40,023 nucleotides of DNA from Pseudomonadota bacterium (lineage in GTDB: Bacteria > Pseudomonadota > Gammaproteobacteria > UBA4575): positions 1 through 40,023 of the forward strand of contig VXPJ01000046.1 of the NCBI GenBank assembly GCA_009839635.1, read 5' to 3'. A model generated the notes under the pieces. The model made no database searches. It saw only the letters and a list, made by a program, of their open reading frames with translations, and was not told the DNA's origin. Shown here piece by piece: positions 28,045 to 36,682 of the stretch; the first letter of the stretch is position 1; each line of letters begins with the position of its first letter. Both the position numbers and the translations under genes were made by a program.

Positions 28045-28482
28045 ATGGCAAAAGCGAGAGCCATCGACATCCTGCGGATCTTCCACCGCTTCCCGGACCA
28101 GGCGGCCTGCATCGAGCACCTGGAGAAAATCCGCTGGGGAGACCGGCCCCGTTGCCCGCATTGCGCAAGCGTCCGTGTAGCCAGAAAGGCAGACTCAGGC
28201 CGTGTCGGGCGCTGGAACTGCTACGGTTGCAAGTCCAGCTTCAACGTCCTTTCGGGCACGCTGTTCGAGAAGACCCGCATCCCGTTGCAAAAATGGTTTC
28301 TGGCGGTCGGCCTGATCGTCCATGCCAGGAAAAACCTGTCCAGCTACCGGCTGGCCCGCAGCCTGGTTCTGAACCAGAAAACGGCATGGTTCATGGAACA
28401 GCGGATTCGCGCCGAAATGGCCAACAAGCAGAGCAAAATCCACCTGCAGGGCATCTTCGAGGGGGACGAGACATTCAAGTAG
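28045..28482 (+). mobile_element. IS1595-family transposase remnant (zinc-ribbon/HTH part only)
   Basis: FPDQAACIEHLEKIRWGDRPRCPHCAS...WNCYGCKSSFNVLSGTLFEKTRIPLQKWF matches the IS1595 N-terminal zinc-ribbon domain. The ORF stops at ...EGDETFK, where the DDE (ISXO2-like) domain should begin. No terminal inverted repeats were found. Confidence 0.7.
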
Positions 28483-28571
28483 GCGCAGGGCCCCGCACGA
28501 GATCGTTCAACCTAAAAGCGGACCCCGGGGTCGTGCAAAGACCCGGTCAAGCCCCTAACTACTTAATTATC

Positions 28572-28600
28572 TTGAGTGGTGCAGGTGAACGCGCTAGCAT
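28572..28600 (+). promoter_or_regulatory. candidate sigma70-type promoter for the precursor gene
   Basis: TTGAGT (28572-28577), a 17-nt spacer, then TAGCAT (28595-28600), about 48 nt upstream of the ATG at 28649. Confidence 0.3.
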
Positions 28601-28648
28601 GAATCCAACAACAACACGATTTGCGATGTATAACTAAGGAGGATTGCC

Positions 28649-28900
28649 ATGAGAAGCGGCGATGACATGCTTAAGCAGATTGTTGAGAAGTCTGCCCTGG
28701 ACACTGAATTCAGGCAACAGCTTCTCGATGATCCGAAATCTACCATCAGCGCAGAGTTGGGCATTTCCATGCCCGAGTCGATGAACGTTGTGGTCCACGA
28801 GAGCGACATGCAGACGGTGCATCTTGCTCTGCCACCGGATCCGAACATCACCGAAGAACAGCTCGAGGCGATTTCCGCCGGGCTGTGCTGCTGCTGGTAA
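28649..28900 (+). CDS. NHLP-type (nitrile-hydratase-like leader) RiPP precursor, predicted core LCCCW
   Basis: AAGGAGG lies 7 nt upstream of the ATG. The leader ...FRQQLLDDPKSTISAELGISMPESMNVVVHESDMQTVHLALPP...ITEEQLEAISAG resembles NHLP leaders that end in a GG-type site. The last five codons (28883-28897) encode L-C-C-C-W. Confidence 0.85.
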   Translation: MRSGDDMLKQIVEKSALDTEFRQQLLDDPKSTISAELGISMPESMNVVVHESDMQTVHLALPPDPNITEEQLEAISAGLCCCW

Positions 28901-28974
28901 CACCGGTGACCGGCCATTAGCCGGTCCAGACGCAGGCCATCCTCGCCTGCGCCGATCTGCTTTTATCTAGACTG

Positions 28975-29005
28975 ACCCTTCGTCCCGCACCGGGGCGGAG
29001 GGTTT
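28975..29005. terminator. strong hairpin between convergent genes (possible bidirectional terminator)
   Basis: ACCCTTCGTCCC (28975-28986) pairs with GGGGCGGAGGGT (28992-29003), including two G-U pairs, over a 5-nt loop. Smaller hairpins lie at 28908-28926 and 28931-28951, the latter followed by CTGCTTTT. Confidence 0.4.
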
Positions 29006-29027
29006 CGTCCGCTTGCCCGGGACGAAT

Positions 29028-30167
29028 TCAGAAACTGACCGCACCGGACAGCACCATGAACACGTAGGCCTTGGCTTTTCGCAGTTCATCCTCGGAGATC
29101 ACCAGCTTGATGTGGTGGATGCCACGCAGCAGCACAAAGCGCCCGGACTTCGCAAACAGCGTCGTCGGCTTGCTCACCCACGTGGCCAGCTCGGCCAGCT
29201 TGCCCCGGTCCACCAGCGCCTCCTGGCCCAGCGCCTCAAGGAACGGGTCCCAGTCGGTCAGGCCATCGAGCCAGTAGCGGGAATCTTTCGTATAGCGCTG
29301 CTTGACGATCAGCGTCAGGCCCAGCGTCGGACCCAGGCCCTGCTCCTGGACGTCGATATTGATGCCGGTGCGAACGATGTCCGTGCGCTTCGCGAATCGC
29401 TTGAGCACCGCATCGACGGCTGCAATGTCCCCGGGCCAGCCGGTGTTCTCAAGATACTCGCCAAGCTGTGCGCTCGAGCGAAAGCCCATGACCGCCAGGC
29501 GTATGGCTTGCGAGCGCGAGGGAAACACACCGAACGAGTCCATGCGCGTATCCCCGGGCTGCATCCGGTAGCTGCGCTCGATGTGCCCGCGATGGGCCTC
29601 GTCCATCGACCAGCCAAGACAGGACACCAGCGCATCCGCGACCAGGGCAACCTCGCCGTGCTGCTCGCAGCCCCCGAGTATCGGGCGCTCGCCAGGGCGC
29701 AAAAACATGCCCGGGAAGGGCGGCTTGCCCGGCCCGGCCGAACCGATGTCGTATTCGAGCATGAGCTTTCGCCCGACCACCTCGCGAAGCGGCGAGGGTT
29801 CGGCTTCCATCTGGCGGAACAGGCGGGCGATCGCGCACGCCAGTGCATCGCCGGGATCCGCCTTCGCACGGGCAAGGAATGGTTCGGCCGATCGCGTGCC
29901 GGCAGCCAGCGAGGCGCCAAAATCCGCCAGCGGCGCTGTCTCATGCAGCGGTAGTTCGAAACCAAAGGGAAGGGCCGCCATGGTGATCGGAAGTTTGGCG
30001 GCGCAATCGAGTACTCGGGTCCATTGGGAGTCGCCGATCAGCACCGGCGAGATTCGCTCGCGAAAGTGCTCGAGCAAGTCGGCCATGCTGCCGCCTTCAT
30101 CGGCCAGGCGCTCCTGGGTCAGCAGGATGGCCTCGTCGATGCTGATGTCCTCTGGGGCAGATGCCAT
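29028..30167 (-). CDS. uncharacterised protein (379 aa), candidate PT-barrel/ABBA-like fold
   Basis: Last gene of the minus-strand operon, 11 nt after the upstream stop, with GAGGAAG as Shine-Dalgarno. No cofactor motif recognised. Five beta-hairpin-like segments occur at roughly 56-78-aa spacing. Confidence 0.7.
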   Translation of the reverse strand: MASAPEDISIDEAILLTQERLADEGGSMADLLEHFRERISPVLIGDSQWTRVLDCAAKLPITMAALPFGFELPLHETAPLADFGASLAAGTRSAEPFLARAKADPGDALACAIARLFRQMEAEPSPLREVVGRKLMLEYDIGSAGPGKPPFPGMFLRPGERPILGGCEQHGEVALVADALVSCLGWSMDEAHRGHIERSYRMQPGDTRMDSFGVFPSRSQAIRLAVMGFRSSAQLGEYLENTGWPGDIAAVDAVLKRFAKRTDIVRTGINIDVQEQGLGPTLGLTLIVKQRYTKDSRYWLDGLTDWDPFLEALGQEALVDRGKLAELATWVSKPTTLFAKSGRFVLLRGIHHIKLVISEDELRKAKAYVFMVLSGAVSF

Positions 30168-30178
30168 GTCTTACTTCC

Positions 30179-31474
30179 TCAGCTGCTCAGCGCTCGTGCG
30201 AGGCGCCCCAGCGCCTCGATGCAGAAGGCCGTGGTCACGGGCTCCGAGCCGTGCCCGAACTGCCCGACCACCCCCCACTTAAGCGTCTGGTCGCCGAAAG
30301 CGAGCAGTTCCGGCCAGCTTCCGTCCTCGTGCTGTGCACCCAGCAGGCGGGCCAGCTCGACTTTCATGTCGATACGGCCCAGGCACTGCACGTTGTCGAG
30401 CGCCGAGACTGCCTGGGCGCTTTGCAGCAGGTTGCCAAACCCGCCCTCGGGGTCGCGAAGACCGAGAATACGGTCTGCCAGGATCGGGCCCAGGGACTCG
30501 AGCGCGGGGCGAGCGCGCACCATTGTGCGCGTGATGGCGTAGTAGATCGCTATCGTATCGGGATACCATTTCGAGGTGTCGTGCACGCGGTCCTCGCGTA
30601 CCAGTTCCTCCAGCCAGCGCTGCGCGGGACGGGTCTGCGGGTGATCGCCGAGGTAGGCGATGACGTTCGCATTCACCACCGGGTCGGCCTCGATGCGAAA
30701 TTTTGACACGACATCGGGCTCGTCCTCGCCCAGCACCCAGGTCAGGAAACGGCCCTGCGCATCGCGGTTCGACAGGATCTTTGCCACGTTTCGCCCGAGC
30801 GCGATCCACGGATGCGAACCAAGGATCAGCGAGCACAGGGTCGTGCTGTCCAGATCCTGGGGCAGGTGGCGGTAGTAGCGCCACATGCCGGGATATTCCA
30901 TGGTGTCCATCAGGTACGCCCGGCTCGCCTCGCACAGGGTTCTTGCACGAGCATCCCCGCAGCCTTGCAGGGCCAGTACGCAAAATGCCGTCACGAACGC
31001 GGGGCGCTCGAAATGCCGGGGCACCTCGGGATCGGCAATGTTGAAGCGAATGCAGTGCCAGGCACCGTCATCGGTGATGCTGGATTGCAGGAATTCGAGA
31101 CCACGACCGATACTGTTGCGGGCGGCCGACACCAGGTCGTCGGCGCTCGCCCCGGAGTCCACCGCCCGGGCCGGTGCGGGAGTGCGCATCGGCGGGGCCG
31201 GATCGTGCAGCGTCTTGCGAAGAAACTCCAAGGAGGCCACGCCGGTTTTCGCAGCTTCGCGTTCGACCGGCGTGCGCTTACTCACCGGCGGCAGCACAAG
31301 GTGGGCTTCGGTCTCGCTCGCCTGGTGCACGAACACCTGCTGGTCGGCGGAGATCTTCACGCCGAGGGCCTCCTCGATGGCCTGCCTGGGATCATCGATG
31401 AGGCGTTGTCGAAAGCCTTCGTCCCGGCCCGCACGCAAAATGAGCTGGCCTGCGCCATCGATGGGAGGGTTCAT
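30179..31474 (-). CDS. NHLP-leader-like domain fused to a prenyltransferase/squalene-oxidase-repeat (alpha/alpha-toroid) domain
   Basis: Residues ~8-65 align without gaps to the precursor leader (20 of 60 identical by hand: FRQ.L.DDP...I...LG...V.VH...HL.LPP). The remaining ~350 aa carry repeats DDGAWH, EYPGMWRYY, DAQGRF, DPEGGFG, HEDGSWP and a DLDSTT motif resembling DxDDTA. Confidence 0.8.
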   Translation of the reverse strand: MNPPIDGAGQLILRAGRDEGFRQRLIDDPRQAIEEALGVKISADQQVFVHQASETEAHLVLPPVSKRTPVEREAAKTGVASLEFLRKTLHDPAPPMRTPAPARAVDSGASADDLVSAARNSIGRGLEFLQSSITDDGAWHCIRFNIADPEVPRHFERPAFVTAFCVLALQGCGDARARTLCEASRAYLMDTMEYPGMWRYYRHLPQDLDSTTLCSLILGSHPWIALGRNVAKILSNRDAQGRFLTWVLGEDEPDVVSKFRIEADPVVNANVIAYLGDHPQTRPAQRWLEELVREDRVHDTSKWYPDTIAIYYAITRTMVRARPALESLGPILADRILGLRDPEGGFGNLLQSAQAVSALDNVQCLGRIDMKVELARLLGAQHEDGSWPELLAFGDQTLKWGVVGQFGHGSEPVTTAFCIEALGRLARALSS

Positions 31475-31528
31475 GGGAGTGCTTTCACAAGCCTGCTGTG
31501 GAGTCGAAGTGGGCCGTCCGGGTTCGGA

Positions 31529-34471
31529 TCAGGCGATTTGCCTTTTGACCAGTTCCCTGAACACCCCGTCCTCTTCCATGAGTTCCTCGAAGCTGCCGTG
31601 CTGCGCCACCTTGCCGCCGGACAGCACGTAGATACGGTCCGCCTGCTCAAGCGTGGACAGGCGGTGGGCGATGACCAGCCGGGTGGAGGTCAGGTCGGTC
31701 AGGTTGTCCATGACCCGGGCCTGGTTTTCGTTATCCAGCCAGTTGGTGGCCTCGTCGAACAGCATGATCCGCGGCTTGCCGATCACCGAGCGGGCGATGG
31801 TGACGCGCTGGCTCTCGCCGCCAGACAGCACCGAGCCGCTGGCGCCGACCATGGTCATCATACCCATGGGCATGGCCTTGATCTCTTTTTCGACTTCGGC
31901 GGTTCGCACCGACTCCCAGACCTCATCGGTGGTGATTCCGTCGTGATGGCTGACCAGGTTGTCCCAGATATCCAGGGGGTGAAGCCCCACGGCTTGCGGC
32001 ACCGCGCCGATCTTGCGGCGCAACTGGCGCAGGTTCAAGTGGCGCACATCACGCCCGTCGTAGTACACCGCACCGGCAGTAGGCCGGTCGATGCCGAGCG
32101 CGAGGCGAAACAGGGTGCTCTTGCCGGTGCCGGACTCGCCAGCGATGGCGATGAACTCGCCCGCGCGTGCGTGGATCGTGACATCGTCGAGAATCAGCGG
32201 GCCGTCCGGGTCGTAGCGAAACGAGATGCGGTCGAACAGGAGGTCTCCGCCCAGGTATTCCACCGGCTCGCCTTCGGTCTCGGTTTCGGGATCTGCAGCC
32301 AGCAGCGGGCGCATCTGCTTGAACGCCGGCAACAGGGCCGCAACGGTCCCCAGAGATTCGCCAAGGCGTGCGATCGCGCTCTGGAAGGCGATGAAGACCA
32401 GGTAGACGACCAGAAAATCACCGACCGGCATGATGCGCTCGCCGACGGTCACTGCGGCCAGCAGCAAGAAGGCTCCCGCGAGAAACGGCAATGCCGCGGA
32501 AAACGCCCGCGAATGCCCCTCCAGCACGCTCAAATCGAGTTCCGCACGTTTTTGCTCGCGGTAGTCCTGGGCCCACATGGCAAACGCGGAGCCTTCGGCA
32601 TTTTCCACGCGCAGCTTGGCAAAGCCGCCAACGATCTGGAACAGGCGCCCGGCGACACGCCGTGACGCACGGATCATGCGCCCGTACGGAGCAATCTGCA
32701 GGACACCGAGCATCCCTGTAATGAGCAGCGACCCCAGACTGAAGGCCAGGGCGAGACCGCCGAGGGCGGCATCGTAGAAGAAGATGACGGCAAACACCGG
32801 GACCAGGAAGATGACTGACAGGAAGCTGTCGGCGACCACTCCCTGCAGGCCGTCTCGAAGATTCTGGAAGGTCATGCCCGACATCGCCAGGTCGCCTGAC
32901 GGATGGCGGTGCAGGATGGCCGGCGGCAATCGCATGAGGCGGTCCCAGAAGGCCGCTTCTGCACGCGAGGCCGAGCGCCCCTCAAGACGCATCATCGCCG
33001 TACTTTGCGCGAGGTGCAGCAGTGCCCCGAGAAGGCCGAACCCGGCCAACACCCAGGCCACGGCGTAGATCGCACCGGCAGTGCCGCCTGCGGCGATTTC
33101 ATGGGCGACAAAGCCAAGCGCCAGGGCCGGCAACAATTGGATCAGCCCGTAGGGAAGTCCTGCGAGCACCAGCCGGGCAATGTCCGGTCCCGATCCCTGC
33201 AGGGCCAGGCCCAGCAGGTCCGCCGGTTTCACCTCGCCTGCAGGCAAGGGGCGGTAGAACATCCACGCGTCCTCACGCAGTGCGGTAGCGTGTTCCTGGC
33301 TGACGCGAACCGTGCGCTTGCTGACCGGGTCGATTTCACGGTAGCCGCCGAACACCCCCGGCAGCAGAGCCACGGGCTGGCCGTCCTCAGCACGAAACCC
33401 CAGCATCGCGTGGCTGTCGGTACGCCACCACCGGTCCTCGTCCTTGAGCCGCACGCGCCTTGCACGCACTCCGGAGGCATCCAGCACGTCGACCAAGCCG
33501 AGCGAAGCCTGCGAAGGCCCGGAACGTGCGGGAATCTTGAAATCGATACCCTCGTGGCGGCCGATGACCTGCAGGGCATCGACCAAGGTGGTGTCTTCAA
33601 GGCCGGCATAGCGGCCCACCGGCTGGTCGTAGAGGTTGAACAGGCGCGCGCGGGCCGCCTTCTCGGCCGTGCGCCGGCTCGTTGTGCGGGCACGTTCGAG
33701 GTTCACATCGTCGACCACGGCCAGTCGTCGGTTCAGGCGCTCCAGGGTGAAGGCGACCTCATGAAAATACGAAAGTGCGCCCTGCAGGCGGCCCTGCTCG
33801 GCCAGGGTTTGCGTGCTCACGCATTCCAGCGTGGTCTCCTCCAGCGTGGTCAGCCAGCTGGTGCGGGTCAGCGGCAGCACCGCATCCCCTGCGCCGCTGG
33901 CCTCGGCCAACTCCATCGGATCGACGATGTCCATGAACAGCAGCGCACTGCCCGGGTGCGGGGACGCCCACACCACCTTGCGCTGCACCGACAGCGTGCT
34001 GTGTGCCGGGACCTGTATCGCACCGGCCTCGGCCAGGGCCGTCGGGCGCGGTGCGGGCGTGGCGAATCGCGACAGCGTGTCGGTCATCTCGCTCAGCCAG
34101 GCATCGGTCTGTTCGGCAAGCTCAGCCGGGTGCACCTTGGACAGCAGGGAGACCGGCAGGCGTTTCAGCAAGGTGCCGGGCAGGCCCTTGGCTACCAGGC
34201 TCAGCGTGGTTCCATCCTGCGCGTCAGGTTCGCGCGCAGGAACCCCTGGCAGGAACCAGCCCGCCTCACGGCGCAGCAGATGCTGTGGAGACGACTGCTC
34301 CACACCGTCCTTGAGCTCGACTAAAAACAGGTTGACGGTGCCCCGGTCAATGAGCCAGATGCTGTCCGCATCGTCGAGCTTCACCGGCAGATTGCCGGCA
34401 CAGGGCACGTCAGTCCCCAGGCGAGCCGCGAGTTCGGCGATCGAGGAGTAGGCGGGCCGGGTGTCCTGCAT
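31529..34471 (-). CDS. NHLM-type ABC transporter with N-terminal cyclic-nucleotide-binding-like domain
   Basis: 980 aa with a cNMP-like N-terminus, a TM domain, and Walker A GESGTGKST, signature LSGGESQR and Walker B IMLFDEAT. The start overlaps the upstream stop (TAATG at 34471). It resembles TIGR03797 (from memory). Confidence 0.9.
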   Translation of the reverse strand: MQDTRPAYSSIAELAARLGTDVPCAGNLPVKLDDADSIWLIDRGTVNLFLVELKDGVEQSSPQHLLRREAGWFLPGVPAREPDAQDGTTLSLVAKGLPGTLLKRLPVSLLSKVHPAELAEQTDAWLSEMTDTLSRFATPAPRPTALAEAGAIQVPAHSTLSVQRKVVWASPHPGSALLFMDIVDPMELAEASGAGDAVLPLTRTSWLTTLEETTLECVSTQTLAEQGRLQGALSYFHEVAFTLERLNRRLAVVDDVNLERARTTSRRTAEKAARARLFNLYDQPVGRYAGLEDTTLVDALQVIGRHEGIDFKIPARSGPSQASLGLVDVLDASGVRARRVRLKDEDRWWRTDSHAMLGFRAEDGQPVALLPGVFGGYREIDPVSKRTVRVSQEHATALREDAWMFYRPLPAGEVKPADLLGLALQGSGPDIARLVLAGLPYGLIQLLPALALGFVAHEIAAGGTAGAIYAVAWVLAGFGLLGALLHLAQSTAMMRLEGRSASRAEAAFWDRLMRLPPAILHRHPSGDLAMSGMTFQNLRDGLQGVVADSFLSVIFLVPVFAVIFFYDAALGGLALAFSLGSLLITGMLGVLQIAPYGRMIRASRRVAGRLFQIVGGFAKLRVENAEGSAFAMWAQDYREQKRAELDLSVLEGHSRAFSAALPFLAGAFLLLAAVTVGERIMPVGDFLVVYLVFIAFQSAIARLGESLGTVAALLPAFKQMRPLLAADPETETEGEPVEYLGGDLLFDRISFRYDPDGPLILDDVTIHARAGEFIAIAGESGTGKSTLFRLALGIDRPTAGAVYYDGRDVRHLNLRQLRRKIGAVPQAVGLHPLDIWDNLVSHHDGITTDEVWESVRTAEVEKEIKAMPMGMMTMVGASGSVLSGGESQRVTIARSVIGKPRIMLFDEATNWLDNENQARVMDNLTDLTSTRLVIAHRLSTLEQADRIYVLSGGKVAQHGSFEELMEEDGVFRELVKRQIA

Positions 34472-36681
34472 TATCCCGACTTGACCAGCTTGTAATAGGT
34501 GCCGTCGCGATCTGCAATCAGGTCATCGTGCGTGCCGCGCTGTACCACGACCCCCTGATCGAGCACGATGATTTCGTCGCAGTCGCGCACCGTGCTGAGG
34601 CGATGTGCCACGATCAGGCAGGTCACGCCGCGACGGCGCAAGGCATCATCGACATGCTCCTCGGTCGCCGCATCGAGCGCGCTGGTGGCCTCGTCCAGGA
34701 TGAGTACGGTCGGGTTGCCGACCAGCGCGCGGGCGATTTCCAGGCGCTGGCGCTGGCCGCCGCTGAAGTTCACCCCACCTTCCTCGACCTCGGTCGCATA
34801 GCCTTGCCGGCGAAGCAGGATCTCGTCGTGGATCCAGGCATCGCGCGTGGCGGCGAAGATGGCCTCATCCGGGATGGCCGAATTCCACAAGGTGATATTG
34901 TCGCGCAGCGACGCGGAAAACAGCACGACCTCCTGGTCCACCATGGAGATGGACTGGCGCAGGACTTCCTCCGGGATCTCATCGCGCAGGTGCCCGTCGA
35001 ACAGGATTTCGCCGGACCAGGGCTGGTACACCCCGGACACCAGGCGCGCCAGGGTCGACTTGCCGGAACCGCTCGGGCCCACCACGGCAACGCGCTGCCC
35101 GGGCTGGATCGTCAGGTTGAACTCCTTGAGCAGGGGCGGGCGGCTCCTGTTGAATCCGAAGGTGACGTCGCGCAGTTCGAGTTGCCCGGTCAGCTGCAGG
35201 CGCCCGTTGAACGTCGGGATGGACTCCGATTCCGGGCTTCGGCGGCGGATCACGGGATCTTCAGCGGCCCGCGAGATGTCCTCGAGTCGCTGCAGGTCGG
35301 TCTCCAGGGCCTGGCGCCTGTCGGCGAACTCCAGAAACTGCCCGATGGGCGACAGGAACATCTCCGCCAGGATGTAGAACCCGACCAGGGCACCCAGGCT
35401 CATTTCCCCGGCCAGCACCAGGCTTCCGCCGATGCCGAGGATCACGGCGGCCCGAAGAATGGCCACCAGCCCCGGCAGCGCTGTGTTGAATGCGCTGAGC
35501 TCAAAGTAGTGCTGGCGCGCCTCCAGTTCGCGCGCCTGCTGGCCGCTCCAGCGTGAGAAGAAGCGGTCGTCCGCACCGGTCATGCGAAGGGTGTCCGCAT
35601 GGCTGAGCATCTGCATGCCCACGCCGATCAGCAATCCCTGTTCGCGGCGCATCGACTGGATGCGCACCGTGCGAAGCGAATTCAAAAAGTGCACGACCAT
35701 GCCGTGAAGGACGGCGAGTAACACCACGATCAGGCTCAGCAGGGGTTCGTACACCAGCATCACGATCAGCAGTACCGCACTCATGACCATGTCGACGAGC
35801 AGCACCAGGAACTGGTCAGTGAGATTTTTCGCGATGCGGTCGATGGAGGACACCCGGTCGGTCAGGTCACCGGTCAGGCGGTGCTCGAAAAATTCCACCG
35901 GCAGGCGCAGCAGGCGCGTCAGGTTGCGGTTGTATCCAATCACCGAAATCCGCACCGCCAGGCGCTTCAAAAACCGGTGCTTGAGCAGGGACAGCAGGTA
36001 GACCAGCACCCCGGCACCCAGCAGCGCGCCCACCAGCCCGCCCCAGGCGCCGTGGTTTTCCAGCACGTCGTCGACGAAGATGCTGAGCACTGCAGGCACG
36101 ACCAGGGCCAGCAACGTCACCATCAGGGCGGTGGCCCCCACTCCGGCAAGCACCGTCCAGGAGCCGACCAGCAGGGTGCCAAGTTGTGTGAACAGGCCGG
36201 GGGCCTCGCCGCCGGCCTTGAAATCCTTGCCGCGCTTGAAGCGCAAGGCGATCCCGCTGTAGCTCTTTTCGAACTCCTCGGCGCTGACCTTGCGCCGCCC
36301 GGTGGACGGGTCGTTGAGGTAGAAGTACCGCTCGTCGAAGCCTTCAAGGACCAGGAAATGGCTGAACTGCCAGAACAGGATCAGCGGCAGCTCCAGCTTT
36401 TTCAACGACTCGGAACGTACGCTCAGGCCACTGCATTCCAGCCCGTAGTGGCGAGAGGCCCGCAACAGGCTCGCCGCGCTGCTGCCGTCGCGGCTGACCT
36501 CGCATTTCTCTCGCAACTCGGTCAGCGGCACCCAACGCCCGAAAAAGCCCAGTACGCTGCCGAGGCTCGCCGCCCCACATTCGGAGGCGTGCATCTGCAG
36601 CATCACGGGTGTGGCGATCCGGTGCTTGACGGAATCCGAGGTGGCCTGATCCCCGGTGCCCTTGGAGGCACTCGGCGCCAT
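34471..36681 (-). CDS. NHLM-type ABC transporter with C39 peptidase domain
   Basis: N-terminal C39 motifs QMHASECGAASLGSVL (catalytic Cys) and HFLVLEGF...YLNDP (His/Asp). ABC motifs GPSGSGKST, FSGGQRQR and LILDEATS. It resembles TIGR03796 (from memory). Confidence 0.9.
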   Translation of the reverse strand: MAPSASKGTGDQATSDSVKHRIATPVMLQMHASECGAASLGSVLGFFGRWVPLTELREKCEVSRDGSSAASLLRASRHYGLECSGLSVRSESLKKLELPLILFWQFSHFLVLEGFDERYFYLNDPSTGRRKVSAEEFEKSYSGIALRFKRGKDFKAGGEAPGLFTQLGTLLVGSWTVLAGVGATALMVTLLALVVPAVLSIFVDDVLENHGAWGGLVGALLGAGVLVYLLSLLKHRFLKRLAVRISVIGYNRNLTRLLRLPVEFFEHRLTGDLTDRVSSIDRIAKNLTDQFLVLLVDMVMSAVLLIVMLVYEPLLSLIVVLLAVLHGMVVHFLNSLRTVRIQSMRREQGLLIGVGMQMLSHADTLRMTGADDRFFSRWSGQQARELEARQHYFELSAFNTALPGLVAILRAAVILGIGGSLVLAGEMSLGALVGFYILAEMFLSPIGQFLEFADRRQALETDLQRLEDISRAAEDPVIRRRSPESESIPTFNGRLQLTGQLELRDVTFGFNRSRPPLLKEFNLTIQPGQRVAVVGPSGSGKSTLARLVSGVYQPWSGEILFDGHLRDEIPEEVLRQSISMVDQEVVLFSASLRDNITLWNSAIPDEAIFAATRDAWIHDEILLRRQGYATEVEEGGVNFSGGQRQRLEIARALVGNPTVLILDEATSALDAATEEHVDDALRRRGVTCLIVAHRLSTVRDCDEIIVLDQGVVVQRGTHDDLIADRDGTYYKLVKSG

Positions 36682-36682
36682 C

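Noticed and set aside
28028-28974. The 8-mer CTAGACTG occurs at 28028-28035 and 28967-28974, bracketing the IS1595 stump and the precursor gene. It looked like an 8-bp target-site duplication of a composite element carrying the precursor.
   Set aside because: I found no terminal inverted repeats inside the two 8-mers. One shared 8-mer between two ~100-bp windows is not improbable by chance. It is kept only as a note.
30179-31474. The alpha/alpha-toroid domain could be a LanC-type lanthionine cyclase acting on the Cys-rich core.
   Set aside because: I could not find the LanC zinc-ligand motifs (WCxG, CHG). No dehydratase is present, and the core has no Ser or Thr to dehydrate. The repeats look like the prenyltransferase or squalene-cyclase type instead.
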